Of a DNA stretch of 64,000 bases, positions 1 through 9,006 are shown piece after piece. The notes below the pieces were generated by a model, which saw only the letters and a list, made by a program, of their open reading frames with translations, made no database searches and had not been told where the DNA came from. How positions within the stretch are numbered: position 1 is the first letter of the stretch; each line of letters starts with the position of its first letter. Both the position numbers and the translations under genes were made by a program. Source of the DNA: Candidatus Peribacteria bacterium (GTDB lineage: Bacteria > Patescibacteriota > Gracilibacteria > Peribacterales > Peribacteraceae); NCBI GenBank assembly GCA_041691135.1, contig JBEPVF010000002.1:210718-274717 (forward strand), read 5' to 3'.

Positions 1-410
1 TGCAGCGGACGCGCGGCGGGCTTGTCGATCTTGTTGATGACGACGATCGGACGTAATCCCAGCTCCAGCGACTTCTTCAACACGAACTTTGTCTGCGGCA
101 TCGGACCTTCCTGAGCATCGACGAGGAGAAGCACGCAATCGACAGTGCGGAGCACGCGTTCCACTTCGGATCCGAAGTCGGCGTGTCCCGGCGTGTCGAC
201 GATATTGATCTTGCAGTCTTTGTAATGGATCGATGTGTTCTTGGCGTAGATGGTAATGCCGCGCTCGCGCTCCTGATCATTGCTGTCCATGATCAACTCC
301 CCCACTTGTTCGTGCGCCTCAAATGCTCCGCCCTGTTTGAGCAGCGCATCGACGAGCGTCGTTTTACCGTGGTCAACGTGGGCAATGATGGCGATATTCC
401 GGATAGTCAT
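1..410 (-). CDS. typA: Translational GTPase TypA/BipA, N-terminal part (runs off the window start)
   Basis: Manual translation from ATG at 410: [26 protein letters not shown]...[19 protein letters not shown]...[19 protein letters not shown], i.e. the G1/G2/G3 motifs in the TypA form. Confidence 0.95.
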   Translation of the reverse strand, partial: MTIRNIAIIAHVDHGKTTLVDALLKQGGAFEAHEQVGELIMDSNDQERERGITIYAKNTSIHYKDCKINIVDTPGHADFGSEVERVLRTVDCVLLLVDAQEGPMPQTKFVLKKSLELGLRPIVVINKIDKPAARPL

Positions 411-515
411 AAAACAGGCGAATGCACCCGAAAAGCACGCTCGGGCAGGAAGTAGGGGTAGTATCGGGATTTTTTGGCTAAGTGCAAGGAAAAGTGGATC
501 AAATCAGCACTTTTG

Positions 516-1103
516 TTAAAAGTGGCGGAAGGTCAGGGACTCGCGTTGTTTCCGCTTGTATCTGCGTCCACCAAAATCATCCATACGCACTGAAGGAATA
601 CCATGTTCCCATTGATAACGTGCCGGCCCCTGCAGCACATAGAGGTCACCGGGATTCAGTAACATGCGCACGTATTCCTGAGTGCTCTGTCGTATCAGTT
701 CCATCACACACGATGAACCGAGTGACAGGCCGGCAATAGAGTTACCGAAAATCGGTTTATCCCTGTGATGATGAATGCCTTGTCCTGCAGAATAGCGCGC
801 AATATATACAGAATTAAATGACCCGACATACAGAGGCTCATCATCGAAAGGCAAACCAAAAATGCCCAGGTCATAAATTTGGTTTGCAATGTCCTTCAGT
901 ACATTTGGCAGCTTCGCCGTTCCGAAACTCATGATTCCATATTTATCTGGCTGAAAGCGAATGTGCGTGTTCACCCAACGTTGCAAAATATTCTGCTGTC
1001 GATGGGACATGAAACCCGGGAACAAACTCAATCCTTCCGGAACATTTCCCTCCAATTGTTTTGCTGCAAGCGATCTGTCCGCGACACCTTTAAAGTTCAT
1101 CAT
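516..1103 (-). CDS. AlkB-family 2-oxoglutarate/Fe(II) dioxygenase
   Basis: YSAGQGIHHHRD (HxD), IAGLSLGS, LNPGDLYVLQGPARYQWEHGI (distal His) and RESLTFR match the AlkB-like pattern. Confidence 0.85.
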   Translation of the reverse strand: MMNFKGVADRSLAAKQLEGNVPEGLSLFPGFMSHRQQNILQRWVNTHIRFQPDKYGIMSFGTAKLPNVLKDIANQIYDLGIFGLPFDDEPLYVGSFNSVYIARYSAGQGIHHHRDKPIFGNSIAGLSLGSSCVMELIRQSTQEYVRMLLNPGDLYVLQGPARYQWEHGIPSVRMDDFGGRRYKRKQRESLTFRHF

Positions 1104-1122
1104 AACCTACAAGAAATCAGTA

Positions 1123-1593
1123 TCAACGCTTCATATGTCTTTCGTGTTCCAACAACCATTCCTTGCGCATATCACCGCCGGCGTAATTACCCACACCACC
1201 GCTCGACGGCACCACGCGATGACACGGAATGATGATGACGATGCGGTTTTTGCCGCATGCCGTGCCCACCGCTCTTACGGCTGCCGGACGCTTGACGCGC
1301 TTGGCGATCTGTTGATACGCACGTGTTTCGCCAAACGGAATGGCTGCGATCTCGTCCCACACGCTCAACATAAAATCCGATCCTTCCAGGATAAGCGGCA
1401 GTGAATCGAATGCCGTGCGTCGACCCACCAAGTATTCTTCCACCTGATGCTGACAATCTTTCATGATCGGATGCGGCACATCGCTTGCACCTTCGTCATC
1501 TACGAAACGCACCTCAAGAATACCGCGCGGGGTGCCGCGGATCTCTATATATCCGAGTGGTGAATCGAAGAAGAGGGAACGACTGTCAGTCAT
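1123..1593 (-). CDS. ogt: Methylated-DNA-protein-cysteine methyltransferase
   Basis: IPFGETRAY, AVRAVGTACGKN, active-site PCHRVV, YAGG...KEWLLEHE. Start placed at MTDSR (1593). Confidence 0.93.
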   Translation of the reverse strand: MTDSRSLFFDSPLGYIEIRGTPRGILEVRFVDDEGASDVPHPIMKDCQHQVEEYLVGRRTAFDSLPLILEGSDFMLSVWDEIAAIPFGETRAYQQIAKRVKRPAAVRAVGTACGKNRIVIIIPCHRVVPSSGGVGNYAGGDMRKEWLLEHERHMKR

Positions 1594-1665
1594 GGGGGGA
1601 GAAGAGAGCGAGTACGCAGCTATGGTACAGACTGACAACGATACTGACCCGCAAAATCTCGGAAA

Positions 1666-2253
1666 TTACTGCGGACTCACCGTTCCAACCGACGTGCCGT
1701 TGGCAGGCTGATTCACTCGCATGGCCGGACGCGGACTGGAGATCTGGTACGTTCCGGTGAGTGTTCCTTTGCCGATGACATGGAAACGTAACGCGCTCTT
1801 GAACGCGTCGCGGCTCTGCGGCGCCTTGGTGAGTAAGGTGTTGAGCGCGTACACCGTAAAGACGTAGTGATGCTTGGGGCCGGGATCCGGACATGGGCCG
1901 CTGTAGCCGATACGGTTAAAGGAGTTTTTACCCTGTAGCGATCCACTGGCCGTATCGCCACCGACAATCGTGAGCGGCGACGTGGGAATATTCCACGCCA
2001 TCCAGTGTACGAACGCGCGGTGCTTGGGCGCATCGATATCATCCACCAGAATCGCGAGCGACTTGGTATTTTTGGGCAGGTTATCCAATGTGAGTGTCGG
2101 CGCGGTATCGGCACCGTCACATGTGTTCTCCACCGGAATAATCTTGCCGTCGTCGAAGGCGGGACTACGGACACCGATATCCGTACTGGCGCCGCATGCA
2201 GCAAGAAGCATTGCACCGATACCGAAAGCCAGAAGACGGAGGGAGAGTTTCAT
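1666..2253 (-). CDS. YbhB/YbcL (PEBP/Raf kinase inhibitor-like) family lipoprotein
   Basis: Lipobox LAAC; SPAFDDGKIIP, DIDAP, FVHW, GYSGPCP, HHYVFTVYAL. Confidence 0.9.
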   Translation of the reverse strand: MKLSLRLLAFGIGAMLLAACGASTDIGVRSPAFDDGKIIPVENTCDGADTAPTLTLDNLPKNTKSLAILVDDIDAPKHRAFVHWMAWNIPTSPLTIVGGDTASGSLQGKNSFNRIGYSGPCPDPGPKHHYVFTVYALNTLLTKAPQSRDAFKSALRFHVIGKGTLTGTYQISSPRPAMRVNQPANGTSVGTVSPQ

Positions 2254-2318
2254 ACGAAGGGCGTGATCGTACCATATTTACTGCATGGCACAATATGATG
2301 GCTTGGAACCATACCAAA

Positions 2319-2345
2319 AGAACGGCGGTTGCCCGCCGTTCTCTT
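2319..2345 (-). terminator. Intrinsic terminator-like hairpin after the SLH/Calx-beta gene
   Basis: AGAACGGCGG / CCGCCGTTCT inverted repeat flanked by A/T runs. Confidence 0.65.
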
Positions 2346-2368
2346 TAATTAGACTCAGTACTGCGCGT

Positions 2369-3892
2369 TTATTCAATATTCAACGTTGCCGCACTGGGGC
2401 TCTGCAGTTGCGCACCGCTCGTGATATTACTCAGTGTGATGTTCACATTCTTCTGCAAATCCGACTGCGTCGTATTATTGAGAATAGGAATGATGAACGC
2501 CTTGAGCGTCTCACCCGGTGCAAATGTAAGCGTTCCCGATGTCGCCGTGTAATCGGCGCCGGTCTTGGCATTACCGTCGCTCGTCGAGTAACTCACGCTC
2601 ACCGTCGACTGCACTCCACCCACACGTATCACCGGAATTGAAATGCTGCCTGCACTCTTCAGTACGGTGTACGTACTCTGCGTGAGCTTAAGAGAACCGG
2701 TGGACGCCGATGTCGCTTCGTCGTCGATGATCGTCAGCACGATCGGATTCGGCGCACCGAGAGTCGCACCACCTGTGGGATTGCTCAATGTGAGGTTCAC
2801 CGTCTTATTGCCGTCGATGGTGGAGTTATCCATGATCGGAATCGAGAACGTCTTCGTGGTCTCACCCGCGCCGAACGTGAGCGTGCCGGTGGTCGTCGTA
2901 TAGTTGCTACCCGATGTAGCCGATCCGTTGCTCGTGGCATAGTTCACCGATACCTGTGCCGAATTGCTGCCCGTGCGATTGACCGTGATCACGGCATTAG
3001 CCGTATTTTCCTGCACACCGTACGCATTCGCCGAGAAGAGAAGCATGCCACCCGGTCCGGCCGACGACGCCGTGGACGTATTGCCTCCGGTGCTGGAGTT
3101 ACTGCTGCCGCTGGAAGGTGCCGTGCCTCCGCCACCATCGTTATCCAGAATCGTCAGGATCGCGCCGCAAGGATTGCCCAGCACCACGCCGCCGGACGGC
3201 TCTTTCAGAACCAGACGGAGCGTCTTGTTGTACGTGGCTGCTTTGTTATCGACAATCGTCACTGAGAACGGTTTCGTCAGTTCGCCATCGGCAAACGTGA
3301 GCGTGCCCGATGTATTGTTGTAATCATCACCCGATACAGCTGTAATCGGTTCCAACGCATACTGCACACTCACCGAACCCTTGGTTCCGTTCGAACGGAC
3401 CACTGCAACGTCGAATGTCTTGGACGCCTCGCCAATCGTGAAAGCATCTTTGGAGAAACGAACCGCACCCGCCGCACCAGGCGTACCCGGAGTACACGAC
3501 GTCACCTGGCCATTGTTGCTTGAACTCGATGTGGAAGAATTATTGTTCGTCGCGCCGTTCGAAGACGAGGAACTACTGCTACGCGAACGTGAACTGGCTG
3601 CATTGGTATCGAACGACACACCCATAGCCACTGCGAACCGATCGAACATCACCGCTGCCTGCGCGCGTGTGAGCGGCTCATCGGGATGAAACTTGCCATC
3701 GTCGAATCCTTTGATAATTCCTTTGTTGTACATGTGTGCCACGGGAACATCGTAGTAGCTCCCGGCCGGGATATCGGCGAACAGGCTGGAGCCGAGCATG
3801 GTGGCACCGAAGGTAGTACCTGCCACGCCAAAGACCACGCCTGCAACAAACGGGATCCCCATTGCAAGCGACCAAAGACGTTGTCGTTTCAT
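2369..3892 (-). CDS. Secreted surface protein: SLH domain, Ser-rich linkers and three Calx-beta domains
   Basis: Signal peptide; FADIPAGSYY...GIIKGFDDGKFHPDEPLTRAQAA (SLH); three repeats of VSVxY...A.SG.DY..TSGTLTFxxGETxK (Calx-beta). Confidence 0.9.
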   Translation of the reverse strand: MKRQRLWSLAMGIPFVAGVVFGVAGTTFGATMLGSSLFADIPAGSYYDVPVAHMYNKGIIKGFDDGKFHPDEPLTRAQAAVMFDRFAVAMGVSFDTNAASSRSRSSSSSSSNGATNNNSSTSSSSNNGQVTSCTPGTPGAAGAVRFSKDAFTIGEASKTFDVAVVRSNGTKGSVSVQYALEPITAVSGDDYNNTSGTLTFADGELTKPFSVTIVDNKAATYNKTLRLVLKEPSGGVVLGNPCGAILTILDNDGGGGTAPSSGSSNSSTGGNTSTASSAGPGGMLLFSANAYGVQENTANAVITVNRTGSNSAQVSVNYATSNGSATSGSNYTTTTGTLTFGAGETTKTFSIPIMDNSTIDGNKTVNLTLSNPTGGATLGAPNPIVLTIIDDEATSASTGSLKLTQSTYTVLKSAGSISIPVIRVGGVQSTVSVSYSTSDGNAKTGADYTATSGTLTFAPGETLKAFIIPILNNTTQSDLQKNVNITLSNITSGAQLQSPSAATLNIE

Positions 3893-4067
3893 AAGTAAAG
3901 GTGGAAGAGAATGATACCGGAGCAGTATGCAGGTGCCGTGGAGGAGAATTCAATAGACAAAGGGGAGGGAGTGCTCGATACACATTAAATTACGTGACAC
4001 AGCTTGATATGCCAAACTTACAATATCTAAACACTTAGTATTTAACAGAACTTATTTCCTGAAGTTG

Positions 4068-5468
4068 TTATTTCTTTTTGCGTAAAGGAAGATCAATATA
4101 AAAAGTCGTACCTTTACCCTCATGGCTATCAAAACTAATTTTGCCCCCCTGAGCCTCAACTCCCCCTTTGGCAACATATAGGCCAAATCCATTCCCTTCA
4201 ATAGTGTTTCTGACATTACTCGCTCGATAAAGTTTTTCAAAGATTTTTGACTGCTCTTTAAGTGGGATACCCATTCCTGTATCACGAATTTCAAAATGAA
4301 TTACTTCATCTTTTATTTGCAATAAGAAATCTATTTCTCCATTCGCAGGCGTATATTTGACTGCATTTGTAAGAAGGTTTTCTATTGTCATTCTAGTCAA
4401 GCGTTTATCAAGAAAAACAATAGGTAAAGAGGTCTGAATTTGGATACTGAGCTTAATAGATTTTTCCTTAACTTTAGGCTCAACAACTTGGCAAATTTCT
4501 TCTACAAATTCTTTAAGATTTAACTCTTGGGGCTCGACACGAACACGACCGAGTTGAACCCTCGAAACATCTAAGATCATACTTACTAAGTCAGATAAAT
4601 TAAGAGTTACCGATTGTATAGTTCTTATTTGCTTTTGTTGATCCTGATTTAAAGAGCCAACATCTTCGTCCATCATTAACTCCAAATACCACTTAATTGC
4701 AGTAACCGGTGCTGCGAGCTGATGACTTACTATGCCCAACAGTTCATCTTTTTGTTTGTCAATTTCACGCAGTTGTGCATTGGCAATTTGTAGCTGCTGA
4801 TATAGATAAGCTTTTTCCAAAGCAAGAGCAACTACGTTTGTTAAGTTTTTAATAGATTCTTTCTCAAAATTATTAATTGACATGTAATCACGATTTAAAG
4901 CAACAATAAATACACCTAGTACTTTACTTTCGACTATTAGAGGATAGAGCAATATTGACTTAATATGAGATTCAGATACTAATGATTGCATTTTTTTTGG
5001 ATTAATCAGCTCTCCCCAAATCTCTTTCAGATTATGAGTTACATTCGCTTTTTTGAGGTAGACTGCTTTTTTAAAAAATTTGCGCTTAATAACATTAGAA
5101 ATGATTATTTCTTCTAGAATCATATTTTGTTTTTTTAAAGAATCTTGTACTCTTTTAGTCTTGGAGAAAGCTAAAGGAATAAGTGAATCAACTTGTGAAT
5201 CAAAATAGAGAATACCGACTAGTTCAAAATTAAGATCGGTCAAAACTGTTTGGGAGAGTTGGGCTGCCAACTCTTTAGGCTCAAGTGTTAATATTCCTAT
5301 TTCGTAAAGCCTGCTTAGAAGAGAAAGTGCCTTGTTTTTGTGCACAATTTCAATGTTTTTCTCATAAAGACTTTTAACTATAGCATCATCATTATCAGAA
5401 ACTGTTGGAACTGTGTTAGACGCAATTTTACGTTTTAAATTAGCCTTTAGTTTTCGCTCTAGAAACAT
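4068..5468 (-). CDS. Soluble GAF-domain sensor histidine kinase
   Basis: GAF (SILLYPLIVESKVLGV...FEKESI), H-box SHQLAAP, N-box ENLLTNAVKYT, G1 DTGMGIP, G2 GNGFGL; no transmembrane segment. Confidence 0.92.
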   Translation of the reverse strand: MFLERKLKANLKRKIASNTVPTVSDNDDAIVKSLYEKNIEIVHKNKALSLLSRLYEIGILTLEPKELAAQLSQTVLTDLNFELVGILYFDSQVDSLIPLAFSKTKRVQDSLKKQNMILEEIIISNVIKRKFFKKAVYLKKANVTHNLKEIWGELINPKKMQSLVSESHIKSILLYPLIVESKVLGVFIVALNRDYMSINNFEKESIKNLTNVVALALEKAYLYQQLQIANAQLREIDKQKDELLGIVSHQLAAPVTAIKWYLELMMDEDVGSLNQDQQKQIRTIQSVTLNLSDLVSMILDVSRVQLGRVRVEPQELNLKEFVEEICQVVEPKVKEKSIKLSIQIQTSLPIVFLDKRLTRMTIENLLTNAVKYTPANGEIDFLLQIKDEVIHFEIRDTGMGIPLKEQSKIFEKLYRASNVRNTIEGNGFGLYVAKGGVEAQGGKISFDSHEGKGTTFYIDLPLRKKK

Positions 5469-5643
5469 CTAGTAATTATATCATATTATTATGCCATATA
5501 CAACAAACTATGACTAATAACTTACATGTGTAAAACCTCCAAAAGTATCAGATATCCATACAGCTACTCCCTCAGCAGCTATACCACATTTTTTTACTAA
5601 CGTGCTACTAAATGATAATTAGGTAAATACTCTAAAAAAGTGT

Positions 5644-5928
5644 TTATTCTAGGCTCGTTGGCACTTGATTAGGTTTTAAGTCTGCAATTAGAGTACCCGC
5701 GGCTTCCTTACAAACTTCACGTCCAGCGCGGCCAAAGAGTTTTATAAACCTATTAACTAGGTTATTTATTGTAACAATGGAATTGGAATTTTCTATTGAA
5801 ACTATCCCCATTTCTTTATCAATTATATTTAAGCCTTCTACTTTAGCAGCCTCAAACCAAGCTACAGGTCCCATGAGTAGCTCCTGCTCTCTAATTATTT
5901 TTAGCGCTATTTTTTCGTATATGTTCAT
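5644..5928 (-). CDS. Small (94 aa) helical hypothetical protein, likely signalling partner
   Basis: MNIYEKIALKIIREQELLMGPVA...LFGRAGREVCKEA; lies in the operon between the membrane protein and the kinase. Confidence 0.75.
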   Translation of the reverse strand: MNIYEKIALKIIREQELLMGPVAWFEAAKVEGLNIIDKEMGIVSIENSNSIVTINNLVNRFIKLFGRAGREVCKEAAGTLIADLKPNQVPTSLE

Positions 5929-5944
5929 GATGGCTATGTTGAAA

Positions 5945-6751
5945 CTAAGATTCCTTAAGTTTACTAAAACCAAGAACGCCAAAACTCAATAAGAATAATC
6001 CTATTGTCAGCATGAGATCTCCAAAATTACCATTGTAATAAGTACCAACAGTAGTTGTATAAGAAAAAATAAAATCAGCAGCAGTCATGACTGCTAAACC
6101 TAATAAAATTGGTATAATATCTAAAGTATACATGCCCCCCATATATCTAAAGGAAAGTCCTGATATTACAGCTGCAAGAGTAACTCCTACAAAATCTCCA
6201 AGTGGATAGGCAATATCAAGCGCTGTCTTTAGGGGAGTCTCACCAGCAGGAACTAGTACACCTCCACGCGCGACTACAACAAAAGCATAGTAGGATAAAA
6301 TAAGTAGAATTAGAGGCGCAAATACAACAAAAATTTTAGCGTACAGATTTCTTAGGCCAAACTTAGCACCAGTTACTTTTGAAAGGTGAAAAGCGCCAAG
6401 ACCATAAAAAAAGATACTAGGTGCAAACCCTAAATCTGCAACTGATGGATATGGAGCAGGTATGCCCATGAAGAAATTATAGTAGGACCAAATATTTTCG
6501 CCGCATCCCCACAGAAAAATCCCAAGTCCGATAAAGAATACCGCTCTTCCAATAGCTGTTTTTAGTCCACCCCATTTTTTTGCAGACAACATAGCGATGA
6601 TGCCACTAAAAAAAGGAAGGAGTCCGAATAGGAATGAATAAAGATAGTTGTAGAAACCTTCTGTCGTTTTTGTAAAAAACAATATTGCCCAGAATGCACT
6701 AAGAGCAATTAAAGAAATTACACTGATTTTTTGAGGGTAATTTATTTTCAT
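5945..6751 (-). CDS. Polytopic membrane protein (7-8 TM), putative stand-alone sensor
   Basis: Multiple hydrophobic helices; WGCGENIWSYY, PYPSVAD, DIAYPLGD and ADFIFSY resemble the membrane sensor modules fused to GGDEF/kinase proteins. Start placed at MKINY. Confidence 0.75.
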   Translation of the reverse strand: MKINYPQKISVISLIALSAFWAILFFTKTTEGFYNYLYSFLFGLLPFFSGIIAMLSAKKWGGLKTAIGRAVFFIGLGIFLWGCGENIWSYYNFFMGIPAPYPSVADLGFAPSIFFYGLGAFHLSKVTGAKFGLRNLYAKIFVVFAPLILLILSYYAFVVVARGGVLVPAGETPLKTALDIAYPLGDFVGVTLAAVISGLSFRYMGGMYTLDIIPILLGLAVMTAADFIFSYTTTVGTYYNGNFGDLMLTIGLFLLSFGVLGFSKLKES

Positions 6752-6786
6752 ATGTACTTTAATTATAGCTTTTTTAAATTTTTCTG

Positions 6787-7923
6787 TCAAATATAGTAAA
6801 CTGCCGGTCTCGGAAAACCATTAAAATTGCTTGAAACCGTAAGACTATACGCTCCGACATCATGGAAAATTAGCTTATCACCTATTTCAACATCTCGAGG
6901 CAAGAAGGCTTCACGAGTAATAATATCAGCGGAGTCACCCGTCGGCCCAGCAAGAGCAAAAGGTGCCTCTTCTACGTTATAGGAAGAACGCATAGTAGTA
7001 ACCCTATAACGGGTAGATCCCTGGAAAGCCATTGCTTCATGCAATGCATCATATACACCGGCATCAAGAAATATCCATGTACTCTCACTTCGTTCAACTT
7101 TCCCTATTACAGTGGCTACAAGAATACCTGCAGTAGCTATAATTTTTCTTCCTGGCTCAATTATAATTTTTGGCTGATATGGAAGTTTATTGAATTGGAC
7201 GAGCGTATTTTTAGCAATCTCCTTTAGACTTAGTTCAATTTCTGTCGAAGCATAGGAACAAGGAAAACCACCACCAATATTTACGACTTCTATTTCAATT
7301 CCTAGTTTTTTAAGACGCTTTAGAGGCTCCTGCAAATGCCCTAATGCTTCAGCCCAAGCTAAAGGATTGCTTGCCTGTGATCCTACATGAAAGCTAACAC
7401 CATACGGCTTAAGACCAAGTTTTTTAGCTCTTTCGAGCAGAGGAACTACATTTTCCTTAGTTGTACCAAATTTTTCAGAAAACTTAAAAACACTCCCAGC
7501 ATCATTTGCAATCATTCTAACACTTACTCGTGAGCCAGGGGCTGCTATTGCAATTTTTTCTAATTCAGAGAGTGAATCAAAAGCAAATCTATCTACACCA
7601 TATTCAAAGAACTCTTTTATATGTAACAGTGGTTTTATGGCTGACCCATATATAATTTTCTCAGGTGATACATTTATTTTTTTTAGAATATTGAGCTCAT
7701 AAACTGAAGCAACTTCATAGCCGCAACCAACATCTGATAATATTTTTAATACCTCAGGTTCTGAATTCGCCTTCATTGCATAATGAATCGCCGCTCTTGG
7801 AAAATACTTCTGAAACTCCCTAAAGCTATGAACCATATTCTCTTTGGAAAAGAGAAAAAACGGAGTTTCATATTGGATTTCATCTAAGGCTGCATGATCA
7901 AATTTATTTTTATGAGTTGTCAT
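6787..7923 (-). CDS. Fold-type III PLP-dependent ornithine/lysine decarboxylase-like enzyme
   Basis: YAMKAN (PLP lysine), KFG, FHVGSQ, NIGGGFP, EPGR, GAY, FNGF. Carries GPTGDS in place of GPTCDS. Confidence 0.9.
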   Translation of the reverse strand: MTTHKNKFDHAALDEIQYETPFFLFSKENMVHSFREFQKYFPRAAIHYAMKANSEPEVLKILSDVGCGYEVASVYELNILKKINVSPEKIIYGSAIKPLLHIKEFFEYGVDRFAFDSLSELEKIAIAAPGSRVSVRMIANDAGSVFKFSEKFGTTKENVVPLLERAKKLGLKPYGVSFHVGSQASNPLAWAEALGHLQEPLKRLKKLGIEIEVVNIGGGFPCSYASTEIELSLKEIAKNTLVQFNKLPYQPKIIIEPGRKIIATAGILVATVIGKVERSESTWIFLDAGVYDALHEAMAFQGSTRYRVTTMRSSYNVEEAPFALAGPTGDSADIITREAFLPRDVEIGDKLIFHDVGAYSLTVSSNFNGFPRPAVYYI

Positions 7924-8825
7924 AAAACGCTATAGGCAGATAAAATCATAATTCCGAGTATAATAATTATTATACCAATAATTTGAAGAAGCGTTATTTT
8001 TTCTCTCAAGAAAAGATGTGCAAGGAGAATCGTTGGAAGAGAAAATGCTCCACTCAGAAGGGCAACGACGCTTGTCAAAGATGTAACACTATATCCCCAA
8101 CTAATAGCAAGATAGGCAACTATTTCACAGGCACCAACCAAGAGTAAAAACTTCCAGTCAGAAGATTCTATTTTAAATATTTTTTTCCTCCGAATTTTAG
8201 CAAAAATTAATATAGTTAGAGTCATAAATACATACATTGCAAAAGTATCAAACCACCAATCTTGCCCTTCAATAAAACTATTCCAGGATAAAGTCCATAT
8301 GATTGCAAGTACTGTTGCCACAGCAATTTCTACAAAACCAGGCACACGGCTAAAAATAATGCGCTTCGTTTGCACAGCCTGCTGGTCCAAATTAATTAAT
8401 AGTATGCCAGCAAAAAGAGGAATTAATCCTAAAAGGAAATAGACATTTATAGTCTCTCCAAACAAAATTATAGAAAAGATAGCTGTAAAACCAGAATAGG
8501 AAGAAAAAATGGGGCTGAGCACAGCAACCTGACCCTTTCCAAAACCCTTGTAAACTAAAAGATAGACTGCGGCTTGAAGTACACCAAAGAAAAATAGTAA
8601 TATCCATTCATGAATACCATGGGGTATTTGAAGCGAGTGCTTACTTAGTACTGACTGATAAAATATGACAAGAAAAAGTATCCCCGTTCCAAATAAGTGA
8701 GCCCAAACTAATGTGACAATATCTCCTACCTTATCAATTACTTTTTTTGCAAAAAAATCGGCCAATCCCCAACCTAACATACCTCCAAGCCCAGCAATTA
8801 TAGCGACGATTAATTCAGTTTCCAT
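7920..8825 (-). CDS. EamA/DMT family transporter
   Basis: About 10 TM helices in two repeats; WGLADFFAK, VAVLSPI, LFGET, LFLREKIT. ATGA overlap with the decarboxylase. Confidence 0.88.
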   Translation of the reverse strand: METELIVAIIAGLGGMLGWGLADFFAKKVIDKVGDIVTLVWAHLFGTGILFLVIFYQSVLSKHSLQIPHGIHEWILLFFFGVLQAAVYLLVYKGFGKGQVAVLSPIFSSYSGFTAIFSIILFGETINVYFLLGLIPLFAGILLINLDQQAVQTKRIIFSRVPGFVEIAVATVLAIIWTLSWNSFIEGQDWWFDTFAMYVFMTLTILIFAKIRRKKIFKIESSDWKFLLLVGACEIVAYLAISWGYSVTSLTSVVALLSGAFSLPTILLAHLFLREKITLLQIIGIIIIILGIMILSAYSVL

Positions 8826-9006
8826 AAATTTTATAGCAACTATTAATACTTCAAATTTAGATTACAAGTTATTTTGACATATGTTAAGTCAATATTGCAT
8901 AGACTAAGGACTCAAGTTAATGAGCCTAATAAAAAAATTTTCTCCTGACTAGACATTTCGTAGCTGGATGTTTATTCTTAATTTTAAACAAATAAATTCA
9001 TTCCTT

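Noticed and set aside
5559-5583. 10 bp G-U-containing hairpin between the small gene and the kinase
   Set aside because: Isolated hairpin without a U tail or family motif; not enough to call an RNA.
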